NCBI GenBank assembly: GCA_024137785.1
Contig: JAHRHZ010000098.1
Coordinates: 34,469,228 to 34,533,227, forward strand
DNA length: 64,000 bases
Direction: 5' to 3'
From: Ginglymostoma cirratum
Taxonomy: Eukaryota
Position numbers and translations under genes: made by a program. This document shows, one piece after another, positions 26,600 to 39,200 of this stretch. Each line of letters opens with the position of its first letter. Position 1 is the first letter of the stretch. The notes under the pieces were generated by a model. That model was not told the origin of the DNA. It did not search any database and saw only the letters and a program-made list of their open reading frames with translations.

Positions 26600-27058
26600 A
26601 GTCATAGAGTCATAGAGTCACATAGCATGAAAACAGACCCTTTAGTCCAACCAATCCACACCAACCACATGCCCAAACTAAACTAATCCCACCTGCCTGT
26701 ACTTGGCCCGCATCCCTGTAAACCTTTCCTACTCATGAACTTATCTAAAAGTCTTTTAAATGTATCTGTTCCTGCATCTATCACTTTCTGTGGCAGTTCA
26801 TTCCATACACAAACCACTCTCTGTGTAAAAACATTGCCCCTCCTATCTTTTTCTAAATCTTTCTCCTTTCACCTTAAAAATATGCCCCCTAGTTTTGAAC
26901 TACCCCACCTTGGGGAAAAGACCCTTGTCATTCACCTTATTTATGCCCCTCATGATTTTATAAACTTCGATAAGGTCACCCCTCAATCTCCCATGCTCCA
27001 GGGGAAAAGTCCCAGCCCATCCTTATAACTCAAACCCTCCAATCCTGGCAACATCCTT
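26600..27058 (-). mobile_element. CR1-type LINE 3' end
   Basis: (catagagt)n tail; close paralog of 4718-5252. Confidence 0.9.
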
Positions 27059-27649
27059 ATTTCCGCTAATTTCCAAAGATATTCTATTGTCAGTGGAATA
27101 ATAATCCAGAGCCCCAAGCTAATATTCTGAGAGCCTGTGTTCAAATCTCACTACGTCAGATGGCATAATCTGATTTCAATAAAATTTAGAATTAAAAGCT
27201 GACCTCATAGTGACCACGTAACCATACTCATTGTAAACTTATCTGGTTCCTAATATCCTTTATGGAAGAGATTCTACCATCTTTATCTGGCCTGGTCTAT
27301 CTCTGACAATGTGATTAACTCTGTACTGTTCTCTAACAGTGTGCCAATTAGTTTAAGAGCAATGACACGCAGTTCCCGTACAAGAAGTAAAAATAAAAAA
27401 GACGTTTGACACACTGTATTTAAAAGTCAAGAAAGACCTTATGTTTATGTGGAATCTTTCCTGACTTCCCGAACTGTGTCACAGTCAGGGAAATGTTTTT
27501 GTAGTGTAGTCACTGTAATAAAGAAAGAATCAATTACCATGCAGCAAGATCCCACAAATAACAGAAAGACAGTGGCTAGATCATCCGATTCTTTTTTATC
27601 AGTCAGTGATGTTGGTTGCAGGATCAATATTGTCTGGCACCAGGGAAAA

Positions 27650-29190
27650 CTAAAATGAAACAAAGAACTGCAGATGCTGGAAATCTGAAACAAAAGCAGA
27701 AATTACTGGAGAAACTCGGCAGGCCTGGCAACATCTGCGGAGAGAGAAAAAACAAAATTATCACTTCGAGTCCTGTGACCCTTCTTCAGAACCAATGGCA
27801 TCTGGGAAAAAAATGGTATTCTTGAGAGAATGAGAAGAGTGGATAAATAGATACAGAGCCAGAAAGAGGGAGAGAGGAATAGAGGGATTGTTGATAATGA
27901 CCCAGGGAAGAGAATAAGTGATATAGTTGATAATCGGAACTATGAGTGGGTGAAAATGGGTTGATTGGGCTGAACACAACTCATATCATGAAAGGACCTC
28001 GGGTGTGAGGGTGGGTAAAAGACATGGAAGACGGTGTTCAGGCTCTAAAGTTATTGAACTCAAGATTGAGTCTGAAGGTTGTGAGGTCCCCAGACAGACA
28101 ATGTGATGCTGTTCTTCCAGCTTTCGCTGAGCTTCACAGAACACCGCAGGAGACATGGCGATAAGAATAGTTAGGTAGCTGAGTTTGACCATCACGGATG
28201 GGATGTGATACCTAATGGTGATGTTTGCCATAGATCTCTATGATTCTATGAGATTGAAATGTTGGTATGGGAACATGGTGGTGTGTTGAAGTGGCAGGCA
28301 ACTGGAAGTTCAAGGTCATTTTTACAGACACAACGTAGGTGTCTTGCAAAGCAGTCACCCAGTCTGCATGTTCTGCCCCCACTTCAGAGGAGACTGTGTT
28401 GCGGTCAGTCAGTACAGTAGGCTAGATTGAGCGGAGTGAAGGAAAAGTTGTTGCTTCACCTGGAAAGTGTGTCTGGGACCCTGGATAGTGGGGAGGGAGG
28501 AGCTACATGGACATGTGTTGCAACTTTGGCGACTGAATGGGAGGTGCCATGGGAGTGTAGGAGGTGTTGGGAGTCGAGGAGGAGTGAATCACGGTGTCCT
28601 GGAGGGAATGGTCCCTGTGACAGCTGACAAGAGGAGGTGATGGCCAGGTGGTATTTTTGCTGGACTGTTCATCCAGGGACCCAGATAAAGTTCTGGGGAC
28701 CCGGGTTCGAATCCAGCCATGGCAGACGGTGGAATTTGAATTCAATAAAATATCTGGAATTAAGAATCTAATGATGACCATGAATCTATTGTCGATTGTT
28801 GGAAAAATCCATCTGGTTCACTCATCCCCTTTAGGGAAAGAAACTGCCATCCTTACCTGGTCTGGCCTACATGTGACTGCAGACCCACAGCAATGTGCTT
28901 GACTCTTAACTGCCTCCCTGGGCAATTAGGGACGGGCAATAAATGCTGCCTGGGCAGCGATGCCTTCATCCCATGAATGAATAAAGGGCAAAAAAGGAGA
29001 GGAATGAGTGTCCAATGATAGCGTTCGGCTGATGTGCTGGAAATGCCAGCTTATGATCCTTTGCATGTGGATGCTAGTGAGGTTGTGAGTGAGGACCAAG
29101 GGTATCCTGTTGCTATAGTGGTAGGGAGGAAAAGGGTTGAGACAATTAGTGTGGGAGATGGATCAGGCACAGTCAAAGGCCCTGTCCACC
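27650..29190 (-). mobile_element. Decayed Penelope-like retroelement (linker + GIY-YIG + family B pLTR)
   Basis: - strand, frameshifted: RIPLVLTH..SIHMQRII..TIQGPRHTFQVKQ..RLGDCFARHLRCV.KNDLELPVACHFN..EAQRKLEEQH..LGT.QP. Followed by a family B pLTR at 27650-27792. SINE inserted at 28633. Confidence 0.8.
28633..28985 (+). mobile_element. SINE family 2, well-preserved copy
   Basis: B box GGTTCGAATCC; tail gggcaattagggacgggcaataaatgctg..catcccatgaatgaataaa. Confidence 0.9.
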
Positions 29191-30121
29191 ATGAGCAGTA
29201 ACTCGCTCCTGTTTGCAATTGTGTTACAGAATTTTTATCACCACCTGAGAAAGCAGATGGCGTCTTAGTTTAGCATCTGTCTCTTTTTGAAAACAGAACC
29301 TATAGCAGCGGCAGCACCCTGTCAGTGCTGGGTATCAGTCAAACATTGTGCTGATGAGTGAAGGTTTGATGAGCGAAGCTGTTGCCCTGAGCAGATAGCG
29401 GGGCGTCTGAGCAACATTATCAGTGAAGCAGTTGGAGAGGATGTTGAAGTAAATCAGGTGAAAGGCACTCTCACAGTTAGGACTTTGTCAAATCCATTAA
29501 CTATGAATGTGGACCTTTGTGTTATTTAAGTGTGAAACACAGAAAACAAAGTCAATGGAAATAGGAGGCCATAGTTCACCAGAGCTCCACCATCACTTGC
29601 AGAAACAGATACATTCTAAAGTGTATGAGATATGTTTTTTTTTTACTAACATTCCTGTGTAACCTTTATTGTGGGACATACTAATCAAAAAGTTGTGGGA
29701 TGTCTCATGACTTTTTCTCTACACGACTGGGGTACAGAGTAGCGATGTATTTTATGAACACAGTTAAAAGAGGAGCACATGAAAACGCATGGTGGCTGGT
29801 TTTGATTCCCTGATGTTGAGTCATGTACAATTGAAAAAAATATCTGTTTCTACTTATTCCAGAATTCCAATTTGTCCTGTAATAATAAAGTCAGAATGGT
29901 AGATGCAGCCTGGGTTAGAGATAGGGCAAGGGCAAATGATATTGGAATTCACACAGCAATTCCATCTCTGTGTATAGAAGTTTCAAACAACCTGGCAGAG
30001 GAAAGGGAAATTTGTGCAGAATACCATTTGGCACAAAGTTTGACAGATTCAGTGTCGGAAAAGGTTGCTTCTGAAATTCGTGGATGTAGCAGATTGATGG
30101 GTACTGCTATAAAAGAAATAA

Positions 30122-30240
30122 CGAGGGATGCTGGAAAGCTGAAACAAAAATAACAATCACTGGAGAGGCTCAGCAGGCCTGGCAACATCCATGGGGGAGA
30201 GTAGAGTTAATGTTTTGTGTCCAGTGACCCTTTCTCAGAT
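30122..30240 (-). mobile_element. Family B pLTR fragment
   Basis: ctcagcaggcctggcaacatc..gagttaatgtttt..ccagtgacccttt. Confidence 0.7.
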
Positions 30241-30304
30241 CATGGGTAACTGCAACAGGTTGAGTTGCTCTAAAAACCTGAGAATTTAATTATTTAAGGA
30301 CTTT

Positions 30305-31085
30305 TTTATACGCTCTTGGAATGTGAGCTTCGCCAACTGAACCAAATTTATTGCCCATTGTTAATTTCTCTTGAGAAGATGATGATAAGTTGCTATGCTT
30401 AAACTATTGCAGTCCTTGATGGTGTGTCATACCCACAGGATTCTGTCCTGGTTGCAGTGAAGCAATGACAGTCTCATTCCAAGTAAGAATGGTGTGTTAT
30501 TTGGAATGGAACTTCCCCCATATCTGCTGCCCTCGTCCTTCCATGTGCTGGAGGTCATGGGTTTGGAAGGTGCTGTCAAAGGAGCCATTGGTGAGTTAGT
30601 GTAGCTGATATGGTCGATGGTATATATATTGCTGTTACTGTTTACCGCTGGTGGGAGGGAATGTTTAAGCTTGTGGGATGGAGTGCTGGTCAAGCCGGCT
30701 ATTTTGTTGTGGATGGTGCCAAAGTTTTTCAGTCTTGTTGGAAATGTACTCCTCCAGACAATGGGACAGTATTCCATCATGTTCCGAATTTGATCGTGGG
30801 CAGGCATTGGAGAGACAGGAAGTGAGTTGTTCATCAGAGAATTCCCAGCTGCTGAACTGTCTAAGTAGCTGCAGTATTTAATCAGCTTAGTAAGGTTTTT
30901 GGGAAGCTTTGGTAAGTTGCTGGTGGGGGAATTCGTCAATAGCAATGAATAAGGGATGTGGTTCTGTTCTTTCTTTTTACAGATGGTCTTTGTCTGGCAC
31001 TTGTATGAAATGAATATTGATGTTGGCTTTGGTTGTTTGGATAAAAGTTTGTGGATTCTGCATGCTGGTGCATGTTTGATGAATG
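30305..31085 (-). mobile_element. CR1/L2-superclade LINE family 2, RT C-terminus
   Basis: ORF QIRNMMEYCPIVWRSTFPTRLKNFGTIHNKIAGL, a decayed VRS.MEY...W....L..IQ.KA motif. Confidence 0.7.
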
Positions 31086-31707
31086 TCCTCTTCTAACTCT
31101 GGGCTCCTCATCAATTTCTATAACAGATCTGCATTGTCTAGAAGCTCTTCCTTGGGACGGGTTGTGAAGAGGGAATATAGCTTGAAGGGGATTGATATCT
31201 GCTGCCCTGGCCTTTTTTCCTTTGTCCCTCCCTTGATGGTGCACAGAGCTTAGTCGCTCTCATGTGTTGCATCAGAAAGGTTACAAGTTCGAGTACCACT
31301 CCAGCAACCTAATTCATGTAATGTTCCCACAATTGTCCAATTGAGTTGTTAGTGGTGCCATGAACTTGGATCTGGCTGCACTCCCTTGAGACCGTCACCA
31401 GAATCCGCAATGGAAAATCAGTTAGCACTGTCTGTAGGATCCCAATCTGTGGTGTGACTCGCTCCCTAAGAGCCCTCTGCCTTATAGATGCACAACAGCG
31501 TCTCCAGTCAGGTTCTGAAACCCAGAGTTCGGGTTGGTGCAGCTGGTATCACTTCCTGTTTGCCTGGGACACATGACCGCAGTAAGATTGAGAAATAGTT
31601 CAGAAACCCGCTTGACATCGAAGAGTCACACATTGCTTTCATTTTATTAGGCCCGTGATTAAGATCTATGAATAGATTTGGAATCAGCAAGTGAAGCTGA
31701 TAGATAG

Positions 31708-31943
31708 TGAAATAACTCTACAGAGAGTGGTGTCCTGTCACCAAGTCACCCTTTAATTACATGTGGAGAGTCCTTGACCCTAGTACAGCCTTGTCAGAGT
31801 CAACTCCCAGAGCGTTAGTATCTCTGACACTCCTGTTTATATCTTGTCAGCCAGGGCTCTTTGATTGGACCAGATTAACAGCCCCAATCAGGGAGCTCAT
31901 AGTCTATGAGGCCCACCTGACTGACCTCATTGCAATTACTATA
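31708..31943 (-). mobile_element. Short solo LTR, same family as 19408
   Basis: tgaaataact..ctgtcaccaagtcacccttt..ccaatcaggga..ccacctgactga shared with 19408. Confidence 0.65.
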
Positions 31944-32224
31944 GCTGCAAAATAAGGCTATAACTGTCTTGATGTCATATAACCATGGGATCTCCTCATT
32001 AATACAGCCATGTGCTTATTCACTTCTGTACAGCTAGGTAGATAAAGTAGTTCATATCATATTCAAGAAATCAAGTAGAGAAATTAAAAGAAACTTATTT
32101 GCCAAGAGACTTGTGTGAATGTTGAACCTAGTACCACAAGGAGTAGCTGAGGTGAATCATACAGGTGCATTTAAGGGGAAACCAGATAAGCATCTGGTTG
32201 AGAAGGGAAAAAATGATTGCACTG

Positions 32225-32548
32225 ATAGAACTAGAGGTTTACAGCACTGACAAAAGCCGTTTGGCCCATCAAATATATGCCAGGCACGAATATCTGCTTA
32301 ACTATTCTAATCCCATTCTGCACCATTTGGCATTGCAACTGTGCATCTAAATACCTCTTCAAAGTTCTAAGGACATTTGCCTTTCCCACTCTTACAGGCA
32401 GTGAGTTCCAGATTCCCACCACCCTCTGGGGTGAAAATACTTTTCTTCACATCCGTCAAAATCTCCTGTCCCTTATCTTAAGTCTCTGTCTCTGATCATC
32501 AATCCCTGCACAGAGGGGAAATGTTTCTTCCTGTCTATCCTGTCTAAC
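32225..32548 (-). mobile_element. CR1-type LINE 3' end
   Basis: ORF VGIWNSLPVRVGKANVLRTLKRYLD. Confidence 0.75.
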
Positions 32549-33375
32549 TGATGAAGAATGGAAAGAGGCTAGAATGAACTGTAAATGTCATAGTGGGCTG
32601 GTTGGGGAGTGTGGCCAGGATCTGTGCTGAATTCTCAATGTAAGAAGTTAGATCCTTCAATCATCATAGCAGAGACTTGAGTTAACTGTACATAGCGTAC
32701 AACCAGCACTGAAGGTCATAGAGGATGTGATTTAATGGCCTTTTAGCTGAGCTGATTATCAAGAGTACTATGATATGAGAAGGAAGACAGGAGGCTTGAG
32801 CTCAATGGAATACAGTGTACCGTATCCTTTGATGTTATCTTATGTAATCTTCATATTGGCCATGAGTACGTCTTATCTTTAATTAAGCTTCAAACGGCTG
32901 ACTGCATGTTGAATTCCTTTTTGTGGTAATTACTGGAGCCTTTATCAATAATATCTTTATCTTTACCTATGTCTAAAATTCAGTTTCTTCAACACTTGTG
33001 ACAGATGCAACTTATTTGTTGAATGCGATTACTGAGAATTGGGCAATGTCAGTATTACTGGCTGTTTCTTAAATAAACATTTCATTGAGTGCTCTGGGAG
33101 TCCAGTTGGTAGACTGTGGGATTTCCCAGACTGAGATTGGGAATTCGGATTTGCCAATTTTGAGGAGAAAGCGTGAAGCTCCCCTCTGACATGAAACCTA
33201 TTACATTAACCGTCTCTGATTCGATGTCCTCAGTAAGACAGGAAATGGCTTGGTGTTTAGGGCTAATAACTAAATAATCCAGTATATTAATCAAAGTAAT
33301 CAGGACACTGAGGACTTTCATTCCCCAAATTCTCACACAACCCTCCTCTGTTTTCGTAACATTGCTGCTGACCAG

Positions 33376-33478
33376 AGACAAAAACAGAAGTTGCTGGAAA
33401 AGCTCAGCAGGTCTGGCAGCATCTGTGGAGAGAAAGCAGAGTTAACGTTTCAGGTCGAGTGACCCTTCCTCAGAACTG
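33376..33478 (-). mobile_element. Family B hammerhead element
   Basis: - strand agtt-CTGAGGA-A-GGGTCactcGACCT-GAAAACGTT-aact. Confidence 0.85.
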
Positions 33479-33625
33479 AGTCTGATTTCTCTCTATTTTT
33501 CCATTAATTTTAATTTCCATTAATTCTAATTTCCATCTGTAGAGTTGTACTTGAGAATGTAGCTCACTGCCACTTGCAAAAAGGCAGTTAAGGATGGGTA
33601 ATAAATGCTGCCCAACTTCTAGAAA

Positions 33626-33722
33626 AATTTCTGAAGAAGGGTCCCGACCTGAAACGTCAGCTTTTGCTCCTCTGATGCTGCCTGGCCTGCTGCATTCCTC
33701 CAGCTCTACACTGTGTTATCTC
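33626..33722 (+). mobile_element. Family A hammerhead element
   Basis: Contains the motif at 33631-33658 followed by the family A body. Confidence 0.85.
33628..33661 (+). ncRNA. Minimal type-I hammerhead ribozyme motif, core intact (family A)
   Basis: ttt-CTGAAGA-A-GGGTCccGACCT-GAAA-C-GTC-ag; all conserved core nucleotides present, GUC cleavage triplet. Confidence 0.7.
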
Positions 33723-34854
33723 CAAAAAAGTGTGTCATCAGAGACAATTAAACCCTTTGAACAGGCCTTCACGAATTCTGTTTAAAACTGATCTGTAACA
33801 CTTCAGATTGTTAGGAAGTTGAGCTTGTCACTAAACACATGATAAGTGAGGCTGCTGACATCGCCCTTCCTTCCTGTTTCTGAATTCTTACTTTGTCTTT
33901 AATGGACGGAAAAAAGGATTTGAAGAGTTCAGAAAGGCTATTTGATTTGAGTTTTGATTAGCGTTACAATTCTCTTTCCTGTGCCATTACTGACCAGATG
34001 ACTCGACCTGCATTTTAAGTTTAATTGGTATCACAGAATGCTCTGATTCTCTGTGAGAACAAAAGTATTGGTGAGAATCTGAAGCACGTTAATAGCGATT
34101 TGCTTCAAATCCTGCTGACGTGGGAGGGAGACCTGTACTTTCTGGAAGCAAACAGTACTAAGGAGATAGCAGGACACATAACTCCATTGCATTGCAAGGT
34201 ATGGTTTAAAATTGAGCAGAATTCACAGCAGCGAGACGACTTATGGCAGAGGCAATAAGTAACAAAATGATAACAATAACTTTCATAAACATCAAATCAA
34301 CCCTCTGGGGTTTAAGGGATGCTATTGTTTACAGTGAGAAATGGAGCATTCCTTCAATTTCTTGGCTATATTTATTTGACTTAGTTTGCCATCTGTCGTA
34401 AACTTTTGTCTTTTCACCAACTTGACGGTGTGAATTGATAAGTGCTTGATCTTTTAGAGCCTTATTGATTGACAGTTTGTGGATGTCATGACCTCAGCCA
34501 TCTAAGTCGCAAAACTAGGTGGCAAGGTGAGCTGTGATGACGATGCAGAGATGTTTCAGTGTAATTTGGACAAGTTGAGTGAATGGGCAAATGCAGTATA
34601 ATGTAGATAAATATGAGGTTACCCACTTGGTAGCAAAACCAGGAAAGTAGGCTATGAACTGAATGGTGACATACTGAAAAAAGGCGAGGTGAAACAAGAT
34701 CTGGGTGCCCTTGTACACCAGTCACTGGAAGTAAGCAGGCTGGTGCAGCAAAGGCAAATGATATGTTAGCCTTCATGACAAGAAGATTTGAATGCAGGAG
34801 CAGGGTTATCTTGTACATGGCATCGGTGAAACCACATCTGGATTACTGTGTGCA

Positions 34855-35294
34855 TTGAGGCTGGTTGGCTCGCCGAGCTGGTTTGTTGTTCCGCAGGCGT
34901 TTCATTACCGTGCTTGGTAACAACCTCAGTGCAACCTCTGATGAAGCGTTGGTGTGTTTTCCCACCTGGTTTTTAAACTCTGGGGTCCGTTGCGATGGAT
35001 TGCCTCACTTCCGGGTTTCCTCCGTAGTGGAATGTATATGGGGTCGAGTTCAATGTGTTTATTAATAGCCTGCTTTGTGAAGTGCCTTGCTTCCAGGAAT
35101 TCTTGTGCTTGTCTCTGCTTAGCCTGTCCCAGGATCTTGGTGTTGTCCCAGTCAAAGTCGTGGTTCTCCTTGTCCATGTGGATTGAGATGAGTGAGTATT
35201 GGTCGTGTCTTTTTGTAGCCAGTTGGTGTTCATGTACTCTTGTTATTAGTTTCCTTCCTGTTTGTCTGATGTAGTGTTTCTCGCAGACTCTGCA
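34855..35294 (-). mobile_element. Penelope-like element 3' end (GIY-YIG + pLTR) with 8-bp TSD
   Basis: CRVCEKHYIRQTGRKLITRVHEHQLATKRHDQYSLISIHMDKENHDFDWDNTKIL..EFLEARH..AINKHIELDPIY; TSD tgtgtgca at 34847-34854 / 35295-35302. Confidence 0.9.
34892..34933 (-). ncRNA. Minimal hammerhead motif (family D, two core mutations)
   Basis: tgca-CTGAGGt-T-GTTACC/aagcac/GGTAAT-GAAAC-GcC-tgcg. Confidence 0.7.
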
Positions 35295-36071
35295 TGTGTG
35301 CAGTTTGGGTTCCTTATCTGAGGAAGGATGTTCTGCTTATGGGGGATAATGCAGCAACGGTTTTAGTAAACCAAGTCCTGGGATGGCAGGACTGATAAAT
35401 GAAGTGAGACTGGATTAGATAGGACGATATTCACTGGAGTTTAGAATAATGAGGGGGATCTCTTGGAAATCTATAAAATTTTCACACGGCTAGACAGGTT
35501 AAAACCATGTAAGTATATTCACGATAACCAGGGAGTCCAGAACCAGGGCTCACAGTCAACGGACAAGGGGTAGGCCATTTATGACTGAGATGTAGAAAAT
35601 ATCTTCACTCAGAGACTGGTGAGCCTGTGGAAAATCTCTGTCACGGAAAGCGGTTGAGGCCAAAATATTGAATGTTTTCAAGAAGGAGTTAGGTCTAGAT
35701 CTTAGGGCTAAAGAGATCAAAAGATATGGAGAGAATGTCTGAACAGGAGACTGAGTTGGATGATCAACCATGATCATATTGAACGTGGAGCAGGTTTGAA
35801 GGGCCGAATGGCTTACTGCTGCTCCTGTTTTCTATGTTTCTATGTTTCATCTCTCGTGTTGTAAACCAGCTAGGCCATTGGACCCAATATAAGAAGAGGA
35901 TCATTAGCATCACTCCATTCCAAATGTCATCTGGAAGCAGTTGGTTCCACAACACACATAGCACAGCAGAGCTGAATAAATACAGGGAGCTCCTAAAGAC
36001 TTCAGAGCTGAACACACTGGGATTCTTTTATCCAGGAAGGAGAAGGCTGGAAAGTCTTTAAAATAATGAAG

Positions 36072-36250
36072 ATAACACAGTGTGGAACTGGAGGAACACA
36101 GCAGGCCAGGCAGCTTCAGAGGAGCAGGAAAGCTGACGTTTCGGGTCGGGACTCTTCTTCAGAAATGGTGCTGCCTGGCCTGCTGTGTTCCTCCAGCTCC
36201 ACACTGTGTTATCTCAGACTCCAGAATTGGAGTCTTACTATCTTACTATC
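36072..36250. mobile_element. Family A hairpin element with 17-bp TSD
   Basis: TSD tctttaaaataatgaag at 36055-36071 / 36251-36267; - strand core CTGAAGA-A-GAGTCccGACCC-GAAACGTC (36135-36162). Confidence 0.9.
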
Positions 36251-39200
36251 TCTTTAAAATAATGAAGGTGTTTGGTAGGTCACAAATAACAGAGAATAAT
36301 TAATAAATCCAATTGGAAATTGAACCGAAAGTTCTTTACCCTAAGAGTGGTCAGAATGTGAACCTCAGTACTGCAAGGAGTAGTTGAGGTGAATCCAGAA
36401 GCATTTAAGGAAAAGCGAGATAAATCCATTCATGGAGAAAGGAGTAGAAATAGGATGAGTTAAAGAAAAATTGGAAGAGGCCTCTGTGGTGCATAAATGT
36501 TAACACAGAACAGCTGTGCAGAATAGTTTATATGTAAAATCCAAATAGTCTACAGGAGAATCTGAGGCACATTAGGTTCATTTTGAAAATGTCTACATGG
36601 ATTTTCCGACTATTACCACTTTCCTGTGTACCTGAGATTGAGCAGTTGGTCATATGAAAGTACTTAGGAGGGACCAAGGAAGATAACAGGCAATATGTAA
36701 GTAGTTCTGATAAACTGCCTTTTAAAGGGTCATGATAAGCTTTATCTGCCTGAAGAGATTATGTGTAGGCCTGATAGTTTTTTGTATCCACTACTAAGAG
36801 GAGACCTTATCTTTGTCACACACAAAAAAAAAGCTCCATCTGAGATTTGTAAAGTGAGGTTGAAGATTTTGCAGGCATTCAGTTAGCACATCACAAATGA
36901 GTTCAAGTTGTAGTTGAAGGAGAACTCGAGTTAAGTCCAATGATTGCTCATCAGTTGATGGTATCCTGAAGATGTTTCAAGCAGAAAGGCATTTTTTTTC
37001 CATACATTGGAGATTGAGAGGTGTTGGCAGGTGCTTATATTTTCCAAGTGTTGTCACTCACCTTCAGGATGTGATTTCTTTTCCTTCCCTACTAGTCTGC
37101 TCAACATTTGGCAATGAATGCTTGACTTATGCTGAATAAATGCCCAAAAGGCTTCACATAATACACTCCTGCACCATAAGGGCCAACAAGTTCATTTTAA
37201 AACTGATTTTCCAAGAGCTTGGATGTCCACAGTGTCAGCAGGTACAGACTAGCAGTAAGCTACAGGCTCTTTGGGATTGTCCAGTAAAGGTAAAGCCACC
37301 ATTGTCCTACTGTACCATTGGACTGCTCGCTTATAAAAGAGAGATGACTGGTGCTGTTTTAACCTGAGGGTTACCACGCATCAGGCAAAGAGAAAAGTTT
37401 AGTTGGAGAGATTTTCATGGCAACTTCAGTTAGTATAGGAATTGAACCCAAACTGTTGGTACCACTCTCATGTTACAAACCAGCTGTCCTAGCCAGCCAG
37501 TGAGTCTACAGAGGACAAAACATCACAGTGTGTGCACAATTATTTTCTATAATGACCTGGCGTTTAATGTGCAAGTTATAGAATGTAAGCCATTCGGCCC
37601 GTTGAGCCTGTTCCTCCATTCAACATGGTGGACTTGTTGATCACGGCTGACCATCCAGCTCTGTTGTGTTAGGGGTCACAGTGGAAATTTCTCTTTTTTT
37701 GGTGTCACAATCTGTGGATATTCATGTGAATCAGTTAATGAGCATTCAGGGCAATATGTGTCATGAACAATGAATGCAATTGCCCTGCTGGACTCAGCAG
37801 CCTTTCTTGTTTTATACTTGGGCTGTCGCACAATATCTGTGAATCGTTGACAGATCATCCATTAGCACTGAAACACATCGATATCAATCACACTGATTCA
37901 TGGCAATGTTAGATAAATCCTGATTGCCATTTTTATTGATGGCTCAGATTGAACATTTTGGTTCCACACCATGCCCCTTCTATCAGCCCAAGTTCAAAAC
38001 AGATGATACTCATTCATCTAAAGCAAGTGTGTTTGAATGAGAGCATACGATTCAAAATTATTAACCTTCTGCTCAGGCGTCAAGCTCTGAATCGCTTGAT
38101 ACACCATTAGGAACTTGCAATTTGTTTGATTCTTGGCACTGGTGGTTTAAGATAAGTAGGGGAGGAGAGCAAGAGAACTGTGTTAAAAATGCTGGTCAGT
38201 ATTGCATTCTTCCATTTATCACCAAAAAAATCAATCATGCACCGCGGACTGGTAAACAACAATGTGGGACCCTTTACTTGGAGGTTAGAACAAATGCACA
38301 AGGTGTGCTAACTGGGAATCTCTGTAGGTACTTCTGAACTGCAGAACTGCTGCCCTGTTCTGTTTGCAGGTTCATTGGATTTTGTGTCATGTCTTGTCTT
38401 GTGGACAGTGGAGGACAGCTGCTCCCATATCAGAACAAAGGGTTAACTTCATAGGTGGCTTACACATTTGGATACATGAAGAGAAATAGAGGAAACTTGC
38501 TGACAACACCAGCAGAAGGGTTTCTGCCAAACGCTATGTCTACGTTTCTTAGGCCGACCAAAATTAGTCCATGATGCAAGGACTCAGGGCTCACGGATGT
38601 GTCAGATGCAGGGGGAAGCTATAGTGCAGACAAGCCTCAAAGAGGTCAAATTCATAACATTACTTCAAAGAATACTTTCTTTCAAAGGAAAAGTATTTCA
38701 TGCGATATTTACAGTAATTTCCTTTGGGGTGTAAGAGTGGTCCATGACACATTCAGAAATCCATGCTGTTTATTTGAAGTTGCAGGGTAGATCCGTGCTG
38801 TTTTTATAAGCCTGCTTTATCCCCACTTCCGCTCCTTCTGTTCTCAGTTGTCGTCTCCACTTTTCCGAAGTTGTTGGTGGGAAGGGTCCGTGTGTCTCGA
38901 TGAGTGCTATAGATGTATGGCCAGGTGGATATTATTGGTGTAAAGCCATAGCAAGTGTCATTAGGCTGTTGTGGATCTGTTGTGGATCAGTCGACTTGTC
39001 CTGTTTCATGTCTGTCAAACAAAGCAGCAATCAGTAATAAATACCTGGTTCTGGATTTTCTTCACTCCCACTTCTTCTCTTCAACAGTGTAAGAAAAAGA
39101 GCAGATTTAATTAGCGTCTTTCATGATCTCAGGAATCTTAGTGTCCATTATAGCCAATTAAGTGTTTTGGAAACACAGCCATTGTTACAATGTAAGATGC

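Larger units (their letters stand above)
34482..35846 (+). mobile_element. CR1-type LINE 3' region interrupted by a Penelope fragment
   Basis: LDKLSEWAN, VKPHLDYCV and FKKEL-like motifs; tail tttctatgtttctatgttt. Confidence 0.85.

Noticed and set aside
36072-36250. DNA-transposon MITE or CRISPR-like interpretation of the palindromes
   Set aside because: Arms are asymmetric, TSDs are long and variable, and copies are dispersed; related family B is attached to a Penelope ORF.
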